64,000 nucleotides of DNA from an uncultured Victivallales bacterium (GCA_964497125.1 CAZCDU010000002.1:105695-169694); one strand, 5' to 3'. Positions 1 to 9,936 are shown, counted from the stretch's first letter. Numbers and translations are program-made. Notes: a model not told the origin generated them from the letters alone.

Positions 1-179
1 TCAAAGCCAACGCCGGCTTCCCCGAGCTTGTCGGAACCAAGGTCGTCTACTCCATGGATGCCGAAGGCTATTCCGAGTTCGTGCCTGAACTGATCAAAGC
101 CGGAGCCAACATCATCGGCGGTTGCTGTGGCACGCACGCCGACCACATCAAGGCTATCCGCGCGATCGTTGACCGCTAG
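1..179 (+). CDS. Homocysteine S-methyltransferase family protein, C-terminal part (5' truncated by window)
   Basis: Frame from nt 3 reads KANAGFPEL...GANIIGGCCGTHADHIKAI-TAG(177-179); NAG.P and GGCCGT are the Zn-binding signature of this family. Confidence 0.8.
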   Translation, partial: KANAGFPELVGTKVVYSMDAEGYSEFVPELIKAGANIIGGCCGTHADHIKAIRAIVDR

Positions 180-209
180 CTGCTTCACTTACAAACAGGG
201 AGTTTCTTC

Positions 210-899
210 ATGAGGGCAGTATCTTTCGAACGTAACTACATCAAACATCCAGCGGGGTCATGCCTGGCCTGCTTTGGCGACACGAAGGTAATCTGTACCG
301 CCAGTGTATCAACCGACTTGCCACCTTTCCTGCGTAACTCGGGCAAGGGATGGGTCACCGCTGAATACTCAATGCTGCCCGGCAGCACCGGCGGGGGTCG
401 CAAGCGTCGGGATGGAGCCAAGAAGGATGGCCGTGGGACTGAGATCCAACGCCTGATCGGGCGTTGCCTGCGAGCTGCGGTGGATATGGAGAAGCTGGGT
501 GAAGTTGCCATCACGATTGATTGTGATGTCCTGCAAGCCGATGGCGGCACACGGACAGCGGCCATCAGCGGCGGTTGGGTAGCGCTTTACGATGCCCTGC
601 GTGTTGTTGCCGAGAAACAGGAGAAACCAGGTCCCGAGTATTACCTCCTCGGGCAGGTAGCTGCCGTGAGTGTTGGTGTCGTGAAAGGTGAGATTGTCTG
701 CGACCTCGACTACGCCAACGACTCCACGGCCGAAGTCGACATGAATGTTGTCATGCGCGGCGATCAGCTTGTAGAAGTTCAGGGCACCGGAGAACAGGGC
801 GTTTTCTCACGCGATCAGCTCACCGCACTCATCGATTCCGCGGAAGCCGGGATTGCCGGAATTCAGCAATCTCAATGCCAGGCACTCGGCATCAACTGA
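210..899 (+). CDS. rph: Ribonuclease PH
   Basis: GSCLACFGDTKVICTAS, GWVTAEYSMLP, EIQRLIGR, DCDVLQADGGTRTAAI, DLDY..DS.AEVDMNVV motifs. Confidence 0.95.
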   Translation: MRAVSFERNYIKHPAGSCLACFGDTKVICTASVSTDLPPFLRNSGKGWVTAEYSMLPGSTGGGRKRRDGAKKDGRGTEIQRLIGRCLRAAVDMEKLGEVAITIDCDVLQADGGTRTAAISGGWVALYDALRVVAEKQEKPGPEYYLLGQVAAVSVGVVKGEIVCDLDYANDSTAEVDMNVVMRGDQLVEVQGTGEQGVFSRDQLTALIDSAEAGIAGIQQSQCQALGIN

Positions 900-923
900 C
901 CCACGAGAAAGCACGTTTCACGA

Positions 924-1736
924 GTGAAGAAGATCATTCACATCAGCGACCTCCACGCGGGTGGCGGCGATAGCCTGGACCGACAACCTGAGGACGTCGT
1001 AAGCGCACTCATCGACGAGTACGATGGCCGTGCGGAAGACTACGTCGTCGTCATCACGGGAGACTTGGTGCAGGTCGTCTCACCCGAGAACGATGAGCCT
1101 TTTGCTGCCGTGCAGACCGAGCTCCGCAAACTGGAAGAGGCAGGCTTCGAGCTGGTCGTGGTCCCTGGGAATCATGATCTGGGAACGGGATCGAAAGCCG
1201 ATCCCCGCATGGTACGCATCTTCGAGGAGACCTTCTACGGCAATGTGCGGAGGTTCCCTCGCCTATTCTGCAAGGGTGGTATCGCGTTTGTGGTCCTGAA
1301 CTCAATGGCGGATGAACTACACTTCTGGGACCGATGGTTTGCGCAGGGCGAGATCGGTGATGTTCAGCTCGACTACATGGTCCACCTGTTTCAGAGCGAG
1401 GAGGCAAAAGCGTGCGAGAAGCGTGTGCTCTGCCTTCACCACCACCCTTTCGACTGGCTGCCACTGCACCAGCTGCGTGACAAGCGGGCGCTCCACCGAA
1501 CGCTGCGTGACCGCGTGATGAGCGGTGAGGATCCCGTCACGGTTGATGCCATCCTGTATGGGCACAACCACCGAGGCAAGAAGCGCGTCGACAAGTGGAA
1601 CATTCGCAGGGCCTACGATGCGGGTTCAGCAACCTTGAGACGCAGTACGACCGCCCTTGCGCCACGTAGCCACATTCGCGAAATCAATATCGAGAATGAT
1701 GACCCGGAGACCGACAGGATCATCCTTGAACCGTAA
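924..1736 (+). CDS. Calcineurin-like metallophosphoesterase (Icc/CpdA-like)
   Basis: HISDLH, TGDLV, PGNHD, LHHHP, YGHNH metal-binding motifs in canonical order; GTG start. Confidence 0.85.
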   Translation: MKKIIHISDLHAGGGDSLDRQPEDVVSALIDEYDGRAEDYVVVITGDLVQVVSPENDEPFAAVQTELRKLEEAGFELVVVPGNHDLGTGSKADPRMVRIFEETFYGNVRRFPRLFCKGGIAFVVLNSMADELHFWDRWFAQGEIGDVQLDYMVHLFQSEEAKACEKRVLCLHHHPFDWLPLHQLRDKRALHRTLRDRVMSGEDPVTVDAILYGHNHRGKKRVDKWNIRRAYDAGSATLRRSTTALAPRSHIREINIENDDPETDRIILEP

Positions 1737-1915
1737 GTTGCTCTACGCCTTGTTGTAGAACTGCACGATACCGCCAAGATCGCATACGAGGTCTGCTGCA
1801 GCTGATCCTCGGTTTTTCCGGCCCACTTCCGCCTCATCTTGAGGACAACAGCGATAATCACGGCGTCCACAACCAGGAATAGCAGAACCGCGACAGCAAA
1901 AATGGGAAACATCAT
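1613..1915 (-). CDS. Small single-pass membrane protein, hypothetical (3' end doubtful)
   Basis: Strong GGAGG RBS upstream of ATGATG; N-terminal hydrophobic helix followed by a basic patch; last ~120 nt overlap the convergent phosphoesterase gene. Confidence 0.45.
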   Translation of the reverse strand: MMFPIFAVAVLLFLVVDAVIIAVVLKMRRKWAGKTEDQLQQTSYAILAVSCSSTTRRRATYGSRMILSVSGSSFSILISRMWLRGARAVVLRLKVAEPAS

Positions 1916-1936
1916 CTCACCACCTCCGGCAGTCAG

Positions 1937-2416
1937 TTAGGTCAAAGGCTGGTCGGGCAGCAGGTCCGCCGCGATCTTAACGACGACCTTCTTTACATGA
2001 CAGGGATCAGCAATCTGTAGACCCGGCATATGGGCATCATGGGGGAAGAACACGGCGAACCCGCCGGGCGCCAGGTCCAGCATTGTCCCGGGCGTGCCAG
2101 GCTGTTCAAAGAACATGATATCCCGATCCGCCACGTACGGTTCTGCAACGGCAAGCCCCTCAATCGGCCACCAGGCAATCTGCTCAACACCGGCAAGCAG
2201 GACTTGGATATCAACGTACTTCCTGTGAGCTTCGGGACGCTTGACCGCCGCAGGCTGCGTTTCATAGCTCTCGATAGCAGCGTAGATCAGATCGCCCTGT
2301 AGCGTGTACCGCTTCTCTTCGGCGTCAGGCTTAAGCGAAAGCAGGAAGTCAAAGGCGACATCCCAGGCATCCCCGTAAGCGTAAAAGTCATGTCTATCGA
2401 TATGATCCAGAATCAT
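1937..2416 (-). CDS. YhcH/YjgK/YiaL family protein
   Basis: EAHRKYVDIQVLL, D..FF, FAVFFPHDAHMP, VKKVVVKI motifs. Confidence 0.85.
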   Translation of the reverse strand: MILDHIDRHDFYAYGDAWDVAFDFLLSLKPDAEEKRYTLQGDLIYAAIESYETQPAAVKRPEAHRKYVDIQVLLAGVEQIAWWPIEGLAVAEPYVADRDIMFFEQPGTPGTMLDLAPGGFAVFFPHDAHMPGLQIADPCHVKKVVVKIAADLLPDQPLT

Positions 2417-2461
2417 GAGAGAAGCCTAGTCGCCTCGTGTCGGATATGAAAGCGGAAACGA

Positions 2462-3406
2462 CTACGCATCCGTCTTCGCTACAGCGTCTTTGCGGCGCCA
2501 TACCTCGGCCATGACCGAGGAGGTCACGATGCACATGTAAACAAACACGGCCGTTGAAACGGCAGCACGTTCACCGAAGTGGGCCAGGGCAAGAACGGTC
2601 CCCATCCCCGCATTCTGCATGCCTATCTCAATGCTGAGGGTCCGTTTGCGTGGGAGAGCAAACCGGGCCACGTGGCCGACGCCATATCCGGCGAGCATCC
2701 CGTAGATGTTCAGAACGAAGACGGCACCAACAACCAGGAGCAGCTCGTACGAGAAGGTACTGAAGAACGCACGGTTACCAGCCACCACCAGGGCACAGAT
2801 GAACACAATGAACGTTACAGAGATTGCAGGGAACACATGCACAACCGGCTCAATACGTTCGCCCAACAAGCGCCGGAATAGCAGCCCGATCAATAACGGA
2901 CCGGCGACCATGCGCAAGACATCAAACATCATCGGCCAGAACGAGACATGCAGGACCGTCCCGGCCAGCAGCTGGGTCAACAGGGGTGTCAGCAATGGAC
3001 ATAGAATCGTCGACACCGTCGTGAGCGAAACCGAGTAAGCAGCATCCGCCTTGGCAATGTAACTCATGACATTGCTGGCCATTGCCCCGGGAACACAACC
3101 GGCCAGGATCAGGCCCACCGCCATCTCGGGGGGCAGCCGGAAACTGCGGGCAATGATGAACGCCCCCAGCGGCATGATCGTGAACTGCGCTATCGAACCG
3201 ATCAAGACAATGGATGGCTTCCGACCAATGCGCGCAAAGTCCTCAGGTTTGAGTACAGCGCCGATTCCAAACATCGTCAGGCCGAAGAACGCCTTGTTAA
3301 AGGGCTTCATGGCCAGGAAGGGAGCTGGTAGGCAATATGCCAGTACGCCACCGATAATCACCCAGAGGGCGAAGTACTTCGTGTAGAACTCAAGAACGCG
3401 TTTCAT
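2462..3406 (-). CDS. Bile acid:sodium symporter (BASS) family transporter
   Basis: MFGIG, QFTIMP, GCVPGAMASNVMSY, SIEIGMQNAG motifs; multi-TM. Confidence 0.9.
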   Translation of the reverse strand: MKRVLEFYTKYFALWVIIGGVLAYCLPAPFLAMKPFNKAFFGLTMFGIGAVLKPEDFARIGRKPSIVLIGSIAQFTIMPLGAFIIARSFRLPPEMAVGLILAGCVPGAMASNVMSYIAKADAAYSVSLTTVSTILCPLLTPLLTQLLAGTVLHVSFWPMMFDVLRMVAGPLLIGLLFRRLLGERIEPVVHVFPAISVTFIVFICALVVAGNRAFFSTFSYELLLVVGAVFVLNIYGMLAGYGVGHVARFALPRKRTLSIEIGMQNAGMGTVLALAHFGERAAVSTAVFVYMCIVTSSVMAEVWRRKDAVAKTDA

Positions 3407-5016
3407 CAGGAGTCACCTCGGTCAACTAACGTCAGCTCTGCTCTCAGGATCGTACGGTCGTTCCCGGGGCTTCCCCAGAGTACCAACCGGTTGAGCTTTC
3501 CCGTGGCCCGAATCATTGCCTTCGTGCGCGCGGTATCGTGACGTTTAGGCGACGAGCTGCCGGACTGCATTAGCGAAGCCAGCGTATAGCCAGCCAACGC
3601 TTTGATCATCAAGTCACTACTATCCTCCAAGTCAGCCCACCCATAGACCGAGGCGTTGTGCTCTGCCAGCCCTGACCCCCAAGCCGCCTGCACGTCCCCG
3701 GCATTCGCTCCGGACAGGATCCGCCGCAGCACATCCACATTAGACATCGCAATCAGCCAGCCATCATGAACGGCAATGGCAGGGCGTTCATTGGCGCCCA
3801 ACAGTTTCTTGAAGCTGTCGCTACGGACCGAATCAACAACATAAATGCGGGGATCATGGGTATCCGGTGTCGAAACCACGCCCCAGCCGTAGACAGCGTT
3901 CATCGAGTCCAGCATGCGACGGACCACACTCGCACCATCGGCATCGGCAACCATCGGAGCGACAAGACCGAATGACGGCACCTTCATGCGCATCATGCGC
4001 CCATAATAGTCACCACCGCATGCGAACAGGTAAACATCCCCATCAGACCTGATGTCATTCTGCAACGCTGACCACAACGTCGTCACCTGGGTATCGTTCC
4101 AGCTCGTAACAAGCCGACCGGCTTGCTGGACTGGCGTTGCCGTGATGATGGTGGGGCGGTGACCGAGGATGGCGGGCGGTGTGCCAGGCTGCGCGGAGAG
4201 GAAACCAGAAGGGTCGAGCGGCATCCACCTACCGAGCTCACCAAGGTCAGAGGCGGGCGGCAGTTCAGCAATAACCGACACACGCTCGGACGACAGATCG
4301 GTGAACCCACCGCGGATAACAACACTCGCCCGACCGGCTTCGCCGGGAGGCGTGACACGAGCCTTGAAGGCGTCGAGAAGCTCGTGTGTGCCCGTGTCCT
4401 CACACCACTCCTGCACCAGTGGCGTGGGTGGCAGTTGACGTTGAAGATTTGGTAAGCAATAGAGGACACCCAAGGGCTCAGATGAGAAGCAACCGACGAG
4501 CACGCCCTCATGTACCGTAAGCGAGATGTGGTATCCGGTTCTCAGCTCATTGCAGGGCCTGAACCACACCCGACGGTTGCCCATGATCTTATGTGCGCTG
4601 AAGTCACCAAGGTGACGATCGATGAGTCCCCAGCGCAGAAACTGGGAGTAGCCACCCACCCAGGCCCCAAAGACAAGAGCCTTTTCAGAGCGCACCCCCA
4701 GGGAAGGTACCAGCCCCGTCACAACATAGCGCGACCCCAGAAGATCCACCACCTTGGAGAGTCCGGCGCTATTGAGACTCTGTTCAATGGCCGCAGCATC
4801 GGCACCAAACTCAACGGCAATGTTCGTTATGGCGGGACTGCGCGCAAAGGCCATCCAACGGTCGGCGGGCGCTATATGTCGTGTCGCCAGCGTAGCGTCG
4901 GCAGGGATCACCCGGCATACCAGCTCGGGACGGAAGGGAAAGTGGAACACCCACCAGCAAGGGAGAATGATGAAGGCGAGGACCAGGACCAGGAAAATCG
5001 CGCGGCGTACCTTCAT
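3406..5016 (-). CDS. Hypothetical protein with N-terminal membrane anchor
   Basis: Long ORF (ATG at 5016, MKVRRAIFLVLVLAFIILP) packed between pyrD and the BASS gene; its stop shares a base with the BASS start; no family motif recognised. Confidence 0.75.
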   Translation of the reverse strand: MKVRRAIFLVLVLAFIILPCWWVFHFPFRPELVCRVIPADATLATRHIAPADRWMAFARSPAITNIAVEFGADAAAIEQSLNSAGLSKVVDLLGSRYVVTGLVPSLGVRSEKALVFGAWVGGYSQFLRWGLIDRHLGDFSAHKIMGNRRVWFRPCNELRTGYHISLTVHEGVLVGCFSSEPLGVLYCLPNLQRQLPPTPLVQEWCEDTGTHELLDAFKARVTPPGEAGRASVVIRGGFTDLSSERVSVIAELPPASDLGELGRWMPLDPSGFLSAQPGTPPAILGHRPTIITATPVQQAGRLVTSWNDTQVTTLWSALQNDIRSDGDVYLFACGGDYYGRMMRMKVPSFGLVAPMVADADGASVVRRMLDSMNAVYGWGVVSTPDTHDPRIYVVDSVRSDSFKKLLGANERPAIAVHDGWLIAMSNVDVLRRILSGANAGDVQAAWGSGLAEHNASVYGWADLEDSSDLMIKALAGYTLASLMQSGSSSPKRHDTARTKAMIRATGKLNRLVLWGSPGNDRTILRAELTLVDRGDS

Positions 5017-5020
5017 GTGA

Positions 5021-5941
5021 CTACTCAACGATCACACCACCGATGAGCTCTCGAACATCAGCAATGCCATGCTCCACGAGGTACTGCTCGAGACCTTCGA
5101 TGACATCGATTGAGGCCATCGGTTCGGTGAAGTTGGCTGTACCGACCGCGACGGCTGTCGCCCCGGCCAGCAGGAACTCAACAGCATCACGGGCGCAGGT
5201 GATGCCGCCCATGCCAATGATTGGAATCGAAACGGCTTGGGCAGTCTCCCACACTTGCTTGATGGCTACCGGCTTGATGCCGGGCCCGGAGAGCCCCCCC
5301 ACCACGTTGGAAAGTACAGGACGGCGGGTCTCGGTATCGATCACCATCGCCGGCAGTGTATTGATCAGCGACACGGCATCTGCACCCTCATCTTCCGCAA
5401 CCTTCGCAAAGAGGGCCACGTTGGGTACGTTGGGAGAGAGCTTGGGAATAAGGGGCAGGCGCGTCCTGGCACGCGTTTCTGCGATGACCTTCGCCGCCAT
5501 GGCCGGATCCGTTCCGAAAGCGATCCCGCCCTCCTTGATGTTCGGACACGAGATATTCACTTCCAGTCCGGCGATACCATCGACGCCATCGAACGCGGCC
5601 GCGACTTCCCCGTATTCTTCAATCGTCTTGCCCCAGATGTTGACGATGACGGGCACGTCAAACTGCCGCAGAAACGGCATGTACTTATCTACGAAGCCCG
5701 CAACGCCCGGCCCCTGCAGGCCAATGGCATTGACGAGTCCGCCGGGCACTTCGACCATACGGGGTGGCGCATTGCCCTCCCAGGACTCCATACGAATGCC
5801 CTTAACCGTGATGGCCCCAAGCGCGTTCAGGTCAACAAACTCGGCATACTCAGGGCCGTATCCAAACGTGCCTGACGCCACCGTCACGGGATTCTTCATC
5901 TTGATCCCTGCGATTTCGACTGCCATGTTCGGCCGACTCAT
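5021..5941 (-). CDS. pyrD: Dihydroorotate dehydrogenase B, catalytic subunit
   Basis: KNPVTVASGTFGYG, NAIGLQGPG, EVNISCPN, KLSPNV, GGLSGPGIKP, AVGTANF; ATGA overlap with pyrK. Confidence 0.95.
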   Translation of the reverse strand: MSRPNMAVEIAGIKMKNPVTVASGTFGYGPEYAEFVDLNALGAITVKGIRMESWEGNAPPRMVEVPGGLVNAIGLQGPGVAGFVDKYMPFLRQFDVPVIVNIWGKTIEEYGEVAAAFDGVDGIAGLEVNISCPNIKEGGIAFGTDPAMAAKVIAETRARTRLPLIPKLSPNVPNVALFAKVAEDEGADAVSLINTLPAMVIDTETRRPVLSNVVGGLSGPGIKPVAIKQVWETAQAVSIPIIGMGGITCARDAVEFLLAGATAVAVGTANFTEPMASIDVIEGLEQYLVEHGIADVRELIGGVIVE

Positions 5942-6735
5942 ATCGTGTCTCCCGCATCCCAAACAATCTCGCGAGCCTCGAAGATCGGACCGTCCTTGCA
6001 GACACGCTTCCAGACGACCGTGTCGTTGTCTTCACGGATCTTCTGTACACAGGCCAGGCATGCGCCCACGGCACATCCCATATGCTTGTCCAGCGACAGC
6101 CAACCGGGCCGCTTGGCGGCAAGAGCACGATCCCCGACGGCTTTGAGCAGACCATCCGGACCACAGGCAAAGAACTCGGGGGCCCGCTCAGAGCCTCCAT
6201 CAGCCATCCAGCGGTCAAGAGCGCTGGTCACCAAGCCTGTCTCACCCAACGAACCATCCTCGGTGGTGATCTGGACATCCCAGCCCAACGCCTCGAACTG
6301 ATCGATGCATAGAATATCGATTGCACTGCGGCCGCCAACGAAGAGGATGCCCTTGGCCGGGGTCCGTGATGCCAGCAGATACAGCGGAGCAACACCGTAG
6401 CCCCCGGCCACCAGGACAGGGAATGCGGCGGGATCTGCTTCCGGAAATCCGTTGCCCAGCGGGCCCACGATACTGAGCACTTCACCGGCGCGGATCACGG
6501 CCATAGCACGGGTGCCACGCCCAACCTGTTTGTAGAGCACCGAAAGGCTGCTGTCATCAGCCTTAAAGACGCTGAAAGGTCGCCGCAGCACGGCCCCGCC
6601 CAGGCGCGGCACACGCAAGTGGATAAACTGGCCGGGCACCACCTGGGATGCGACAGCAGGCACATCGAGCACGAGCAGGTTGTACCCCCCACCGAAATCA
6701 CGGTGCTCTAAAACGTTGGCGTTCTCAACTTTCAT
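5938..6735 (-). CDS. pyrK: Dihydroorotate dehydrogenase B electron-transfer subunit
   Basis: PGQFIHL, LRRPFS, GPLGNGF, AGGYGVAP, ACGP, 2Fe-2S motif MGCAVGACLAC...VCKDGPIF; start MKVENA at 6735. Confidence 0.92.
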   Translation of the reverse strand: MKVENANVLEHRDFGGGYNLLVLDVPAVASQVVPGQFIHLRVPRLGGAVLRRPFSVFKADDSSLSVLYKQVGRGTRAMAVIRAGEVLSIVGPLGNGFPEADPAAFPVLVAGGYGVAPLYLLASRTPAKGILFVGGRSAIDILCIDQFEALGWDVQITTEDGSLGETGLVTSALDRWMADGGSERAPEFFACGPDGLLKAVGDRALAAKRPGWLSLDKHMGCAVGACLACVQKIREDNDTVVWKRVCKDGPIFEAREIVWDAGDTI

Positions 6736-6783
6736 TGGTCGGTCAGTGTGCGGGTTTCCTGTTGATGGGTCAAGCCGACAACG

Positions 6784-6811
6784 AAAAGGGCGGCCCGAAG
6801 ACCGCCCTTTT
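6784..6811 (-). terminator. Intrinsic terminator after nrdJ
   Basis: Minus strand AAAAGGGCGGTC-TTCG-GGCCGCCCTTTT: GC stem, C(UUCG)G loop, short U tract; symmetric A/T flanks. Confidence 0.8.
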
Positions 6812-6841
6812 GTTTGGCAAGATTGCCGCTTGTGTCGCGAA

Positions 6842-9829
6842 TCAGGAACAACCCATGGAGTTGCCGCAGTTATAACAACGATAGCAAGCGCCGTTACGAA
6901 CCGTGATGGAGCCGCACACATCGCATGCCGGTGCATCTTCCATGAAGTGGTCGAACTGCTCGTCGACACGCTGCACATCATCGGACTCCGTTGCCACTTC
7001 GGGTGCCGCAGCCACAGTCGTTGCCGCCACTGCCGTTGACGTTGCCACGGTTGCCACGGGAGCAGGGGTCGGCTCTTCGACCGGCGCGCCTGCGGCGGCG
7101 GGATCCTCTTCCGCCATGCCCTCCAACGTGCCGTTCGGGAACGTCACGTGCAACCAGCGGAAGATGTAGTCCACGAGCGATTTCGCCATCGGGATATCGG
7201 GGTTCTTTGTGAACCCACTTGGTTCAAACCGGCTGTGAGCAAACTTCTGACAGAGCTCTCGTACCGGCACACCATACTGCAGGCAGAGCGAGATGGCCGT
7301 GCCGAACGCGTCCATCGTTCCGCCAACAGTACTACCCTCTTTCGCCATGGTGATGAAGAGTTCTCCCGGGCTGCCGTCATCGTACATACCGACGGTGAGA
7401 TACCCCTCATGACCCGCCACTTCAAACTTATGCGTCAGCGACTGCCGCGTGTACGGCATGCGACGACGATACGGTTTGCGGCGTGCCGCATTCAGGATCT
7501 CCTCATGATCCTCGTTTTCCTCCACCGGCGCAACTTCAGCTTCAACCTTCCCGCCCTGCTCATCGCTGGTCGATAGAGGCTGGATGCGCTTGGAACCGTC
7601 ACGGTAGATTGCAACAGCCTTCAGACCAAGCTGCCATCCCTCCATGTAGGTCTGCATGATGTCGTTGACTGTAGCCTCCGTCGGGAGGTTCACCGTCTTG
7701 CTGATGGCACCAGAAAGGAACGACTGTACCGCAGACATCATCCGGAGATGCGCCTGGTACGGGATGAAACGGGATCCGTTAACAGCCTTGAACGCGCAGT
7801 CAAAGACCGGTAGGTGCTCGGACTTCACGTGCGGGGCGCCTTCGATCGTGTCATTCTCGTCGACATAGCGGAGAACACCGTCGATCTCGTCTTCGGAATA
7901 GCCAAGACGCATGAGCGCTGGACGCAACGTGCGGTTCACGATTTTCATCATGCCGCCGCCGGCAAGCTGCTTGTACTTCACCAGCGCGATGTCCGGTTCC
8001 ACGCCGGTCGTATCGCAGTCCATCATGAAGCCAATCGTGCCCGTGGGAGCCAGCACCGTTACCTGGGCGTTGCGGAAGCCTTTTGTTGCACCCGTAACAA
8101 CCTGGTCCCATACCTCGCGGCTGGCTTTCTTGATCGCAGATGGTGCCGCGATACTATCGATGTCATCAACGGCCACCCGGTGCATCTTCATCACGTCTGC
8201 CATGCAGTCAGCATTCTCGGCCCAGCCGTCGAACGGACCAACAGTCTTCGAGAGCTCCTGGCTTGTGGCGTAAGCGTGACCCGTCATGAGAGCCGTGACC
8301 GATCCCGCAAACGCACGCCCGGCGTCGCTGTCATACGGCATTCCGAGACGCATGATCAGAGCGCCGAGATTCGCGTAACCGAGTCCCAGCGGACGGAAGC
8401 GATGCGAGTTCGAGGCGATGCGCTCGGCCGGGTAGCTCGCGTTGTCGACGAGGATCTCCTGCGCAATAATGAACAGGCGGACCACATGTTTGAAACGATC
8501 GATGTCGAACGTGCCGTTGTCATCGACGAACTTCATCAGGTTAACAGAGGCCAGGTTACACGCACTGTCATCCAGGAACATGTACTCCGAACAGGGATTA
8601 CTGGCATTGATCGGCGCCGTGTTCTTGCACGTGTGCCAGCGATTGATTGTCGAATCGTACTGCAACCCGGGGTCACCGCACAGGTGAGCCGCGTCAGCGA
8701 TCTCAGACATGATGTTGCGGGCCTTGTGGGTCTCAACCGGATCACCGGCCGTAACCGTGCGGGTCTGCCAGTCGCCATCATTCTCCACGGCCGACATGAA
8801 CTCGTCGGTAACACGCACGGAGAGATTGGCATTCTGGAACATCACCGACTCATAGGCGTCGCCGCCGAACGAACCGTCGTACCCTTCTTCAATCAGAGCC
8901 CAGGCCTTCTTCTCTTCCGTCACCTTGGAGTTGATGAAATCCAGGATGTCGGGGTGGTGAACTTTGAGGCTCTGCATCTTGGCTGCGCGACGGGTCTTTC
9001 CACCCGACTTGATGGCGCCGGCGACCTGGTCGAAGATGCGCATGAAGCTGAGAGGGCCTGATGGCGTGCCGCCACCAGAAAGCGTCTCGCGACTGCTTCG
9101 CAGCGTGCTCAAGTCGGTGCCCGTGCCGGAGCCGTGCTTGAAGAGCATGGCTTCGGAGGCCGCGAGACGCATGATATCTTCCATCGTGTCGTCAACGGAC
9201 TGAATGAAGCAAGCGGAAGCCTGGGGATGTTTGTACGTGTCTTCGATCAGCTCACAGCAACCCGCATCCGGGTTCCACGCGTAGCTTGCGCGGCTACTTG
9301 ATGTATGTCCGTAGACATCATAAAGGCCGACGTTGAACCATACCGGGCTGTTGAAAGCGCCAATCTGATTCACGCATGCGAATGCCAATTCTGCGTAGAA
9401 TGTCTCGGCATCTTCAGGCGTGGCGAAGTAACCATCTTTGAGCCCGTGGTCGGCGATCGTCCGGGCCACACGGTGGACAAGCTGTCGTACCGAATACTCG
9501 CGATCCTCGGCCCCAACGGCGCCGTAGAAGTACTTCGAAGCCACAACATTCGTGGCCAGCATTGACCAGGATTTCGGGACCTCGACATCATCCTGTTCGA
9601 AGACCACGGTGCCTTTGCCGTCTGAGATCTCGGCATGGCGACGCTCCCACTCCAACCCGGCGAAGGGATCGGCGCCCTTTTCCAGCAACAGTGAATCAAC
9701 CTTCAACCCGGTCCGCTTTGCCTTCCGTTCTCCCTCTGTCGTCTTGCGGTTCCCCTTGGGGCGGCTGGTGCGCGCTCGGCTCGCAACCTTGGCCTCGGCA
9801 AGATCAGACGTCTCCTTGACATCAAGCAT
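6842..9829 (-). CDS. nrdJ: Class II (adenosylcobalamin-dependent) ribonucleotide reductase with C-terminal TSCPD-like and Zn-ribbon regions
   Basis: FNSPVWFN, QASACFI, GGKTRRAAKM, ASNPCSEY, APTGTI, SGAISKTVN, YRDGSK, terminal CDVCG...CYNCG..MGCS; no intein seen. Confidence 0.95.
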   Translation of the reverse strand: MLDVKETSDLAEAKVASRARTSRPKGNRKTTEGERKAKRTGLKVDSLLLEKGADPFAGLEWERRHAEISDGKGTVVFEQDDVEVPKSWSMLATNVVASKYFYGAVGAEDREYSVRQLVHRVARTIADHGLKDGYFATPEDAETFYAELAFACVNQIGAFNSPVWFNVGLYDVYGHTSSSRASYAWNPDAGCCELIEDTYKHPQASACFIQSVDDTMEDIMRLAASEAMLFKHGSGTGTDLSTLRSSRETLSGGGTPSGPLSFMRIFDQVAGAIKSGGKTRRAAKMQSLKVHHPDILDFINSKVTEEKKAWALIEEGYDGSFGGDAYESVMFQNANLSVRVTDEFMSAVENDGDWQTRTVTAGDPVETHKARNIMSEIADAAHLCGDPGLQYDSTINRWHTCKNTAPINASNPCSEYMFLDDSACNLASVNLMKFVDDNGTFDIDRFKHVVRLFIIAQEILVDNASYPAERIASNSHRFRPLGLGYANLGALIMRLGMPYDSDAGRAFAGSVTALMTGHAYATSQELSKTVGPFDGWAENADCMADVMKMHRVAVDDIDSIAAPSAIKKASREVWDQVVTGATKGFRNAQVTVLAPTGTIGFMMDCDTTGVEPDIALVKYKQLAGGGMMKIVNRTLRPALMRLGYSEDEIDGVLRYVDENDTIEGAPHVKSEHLPVFDCAFKAVNGSRFIPYQAHLRMMSAVQSFLSGAISKTVNLPTEATVNDIMQTYMEGWQLGLKAVAIYRDGSKRIQPLSTSDEQGGKVEAEVAPVEENEDHEEILNAARRKPYRRRMPYTRQSLTHKFEVAGHEGYLTVGMYDDGSPGELFITMAKEGSTVGGTMDAFGTAISLCLQYGVPVRELCQKFAHSRFEPSGFTKNPDIPMAKSLVDYIFRWLHVTFPNGTLEGMAEEDPAAAGAPVEEPTPAPVATVATSTAVAATTVAAAPEVATESDDVQRVDEQFDHFMEDAPACDVCGSITVRNGACYRCYNCGNSMGCS

Positions 9830-9882
9830 GTAACTCCCTCCGTAAGAGTATATTATAGAGAAAAAATGTTCCTAGATAGGAA

Positions 9883-9930
9883 ACACCACATTTAGCCACT
9901 GGGGTCGACGATACCCACTACATATAGTGG
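9883..9930. promoter_or_regulatory. Tandem NrdR boxes upstream of nrdJ
   Basis: CCACTACATATAGTGG (9915-9930, near-perfect palindrome) and ACACCACATTTAGCCA (9883-9898); starts 32 bp apart; resemble consensus acaCwAtATaTwGtgt. Confidence 0.85.
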
Positions 9931-9936
9931 CTTCAA
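9908..9936 (-). promoter_or_regulatory. Sigma70-type promoter of nrdJ
   Basis: Minus strand TTGAAG-N17-TATCGT; the 17-bp spacer contains the stronger NrdR box. Confidence 0.65.

Noticed and set aside
5043-6146. Long antisense ORFs (also 7814-9061, 10433-11428, 11500-12405, 21869-22813, 41226-42257, 55210-56067)
   Set aside because: Shadow ORFs opposite well-supported genes, as expected in high-GC DNA
6842-9829. Intein or intron in nrdJ
   Set aside because: Catalytic motifs are contiguous; the extra length comes from the basic N-terminus, an Ala/Thr linker and the C-terminal domains
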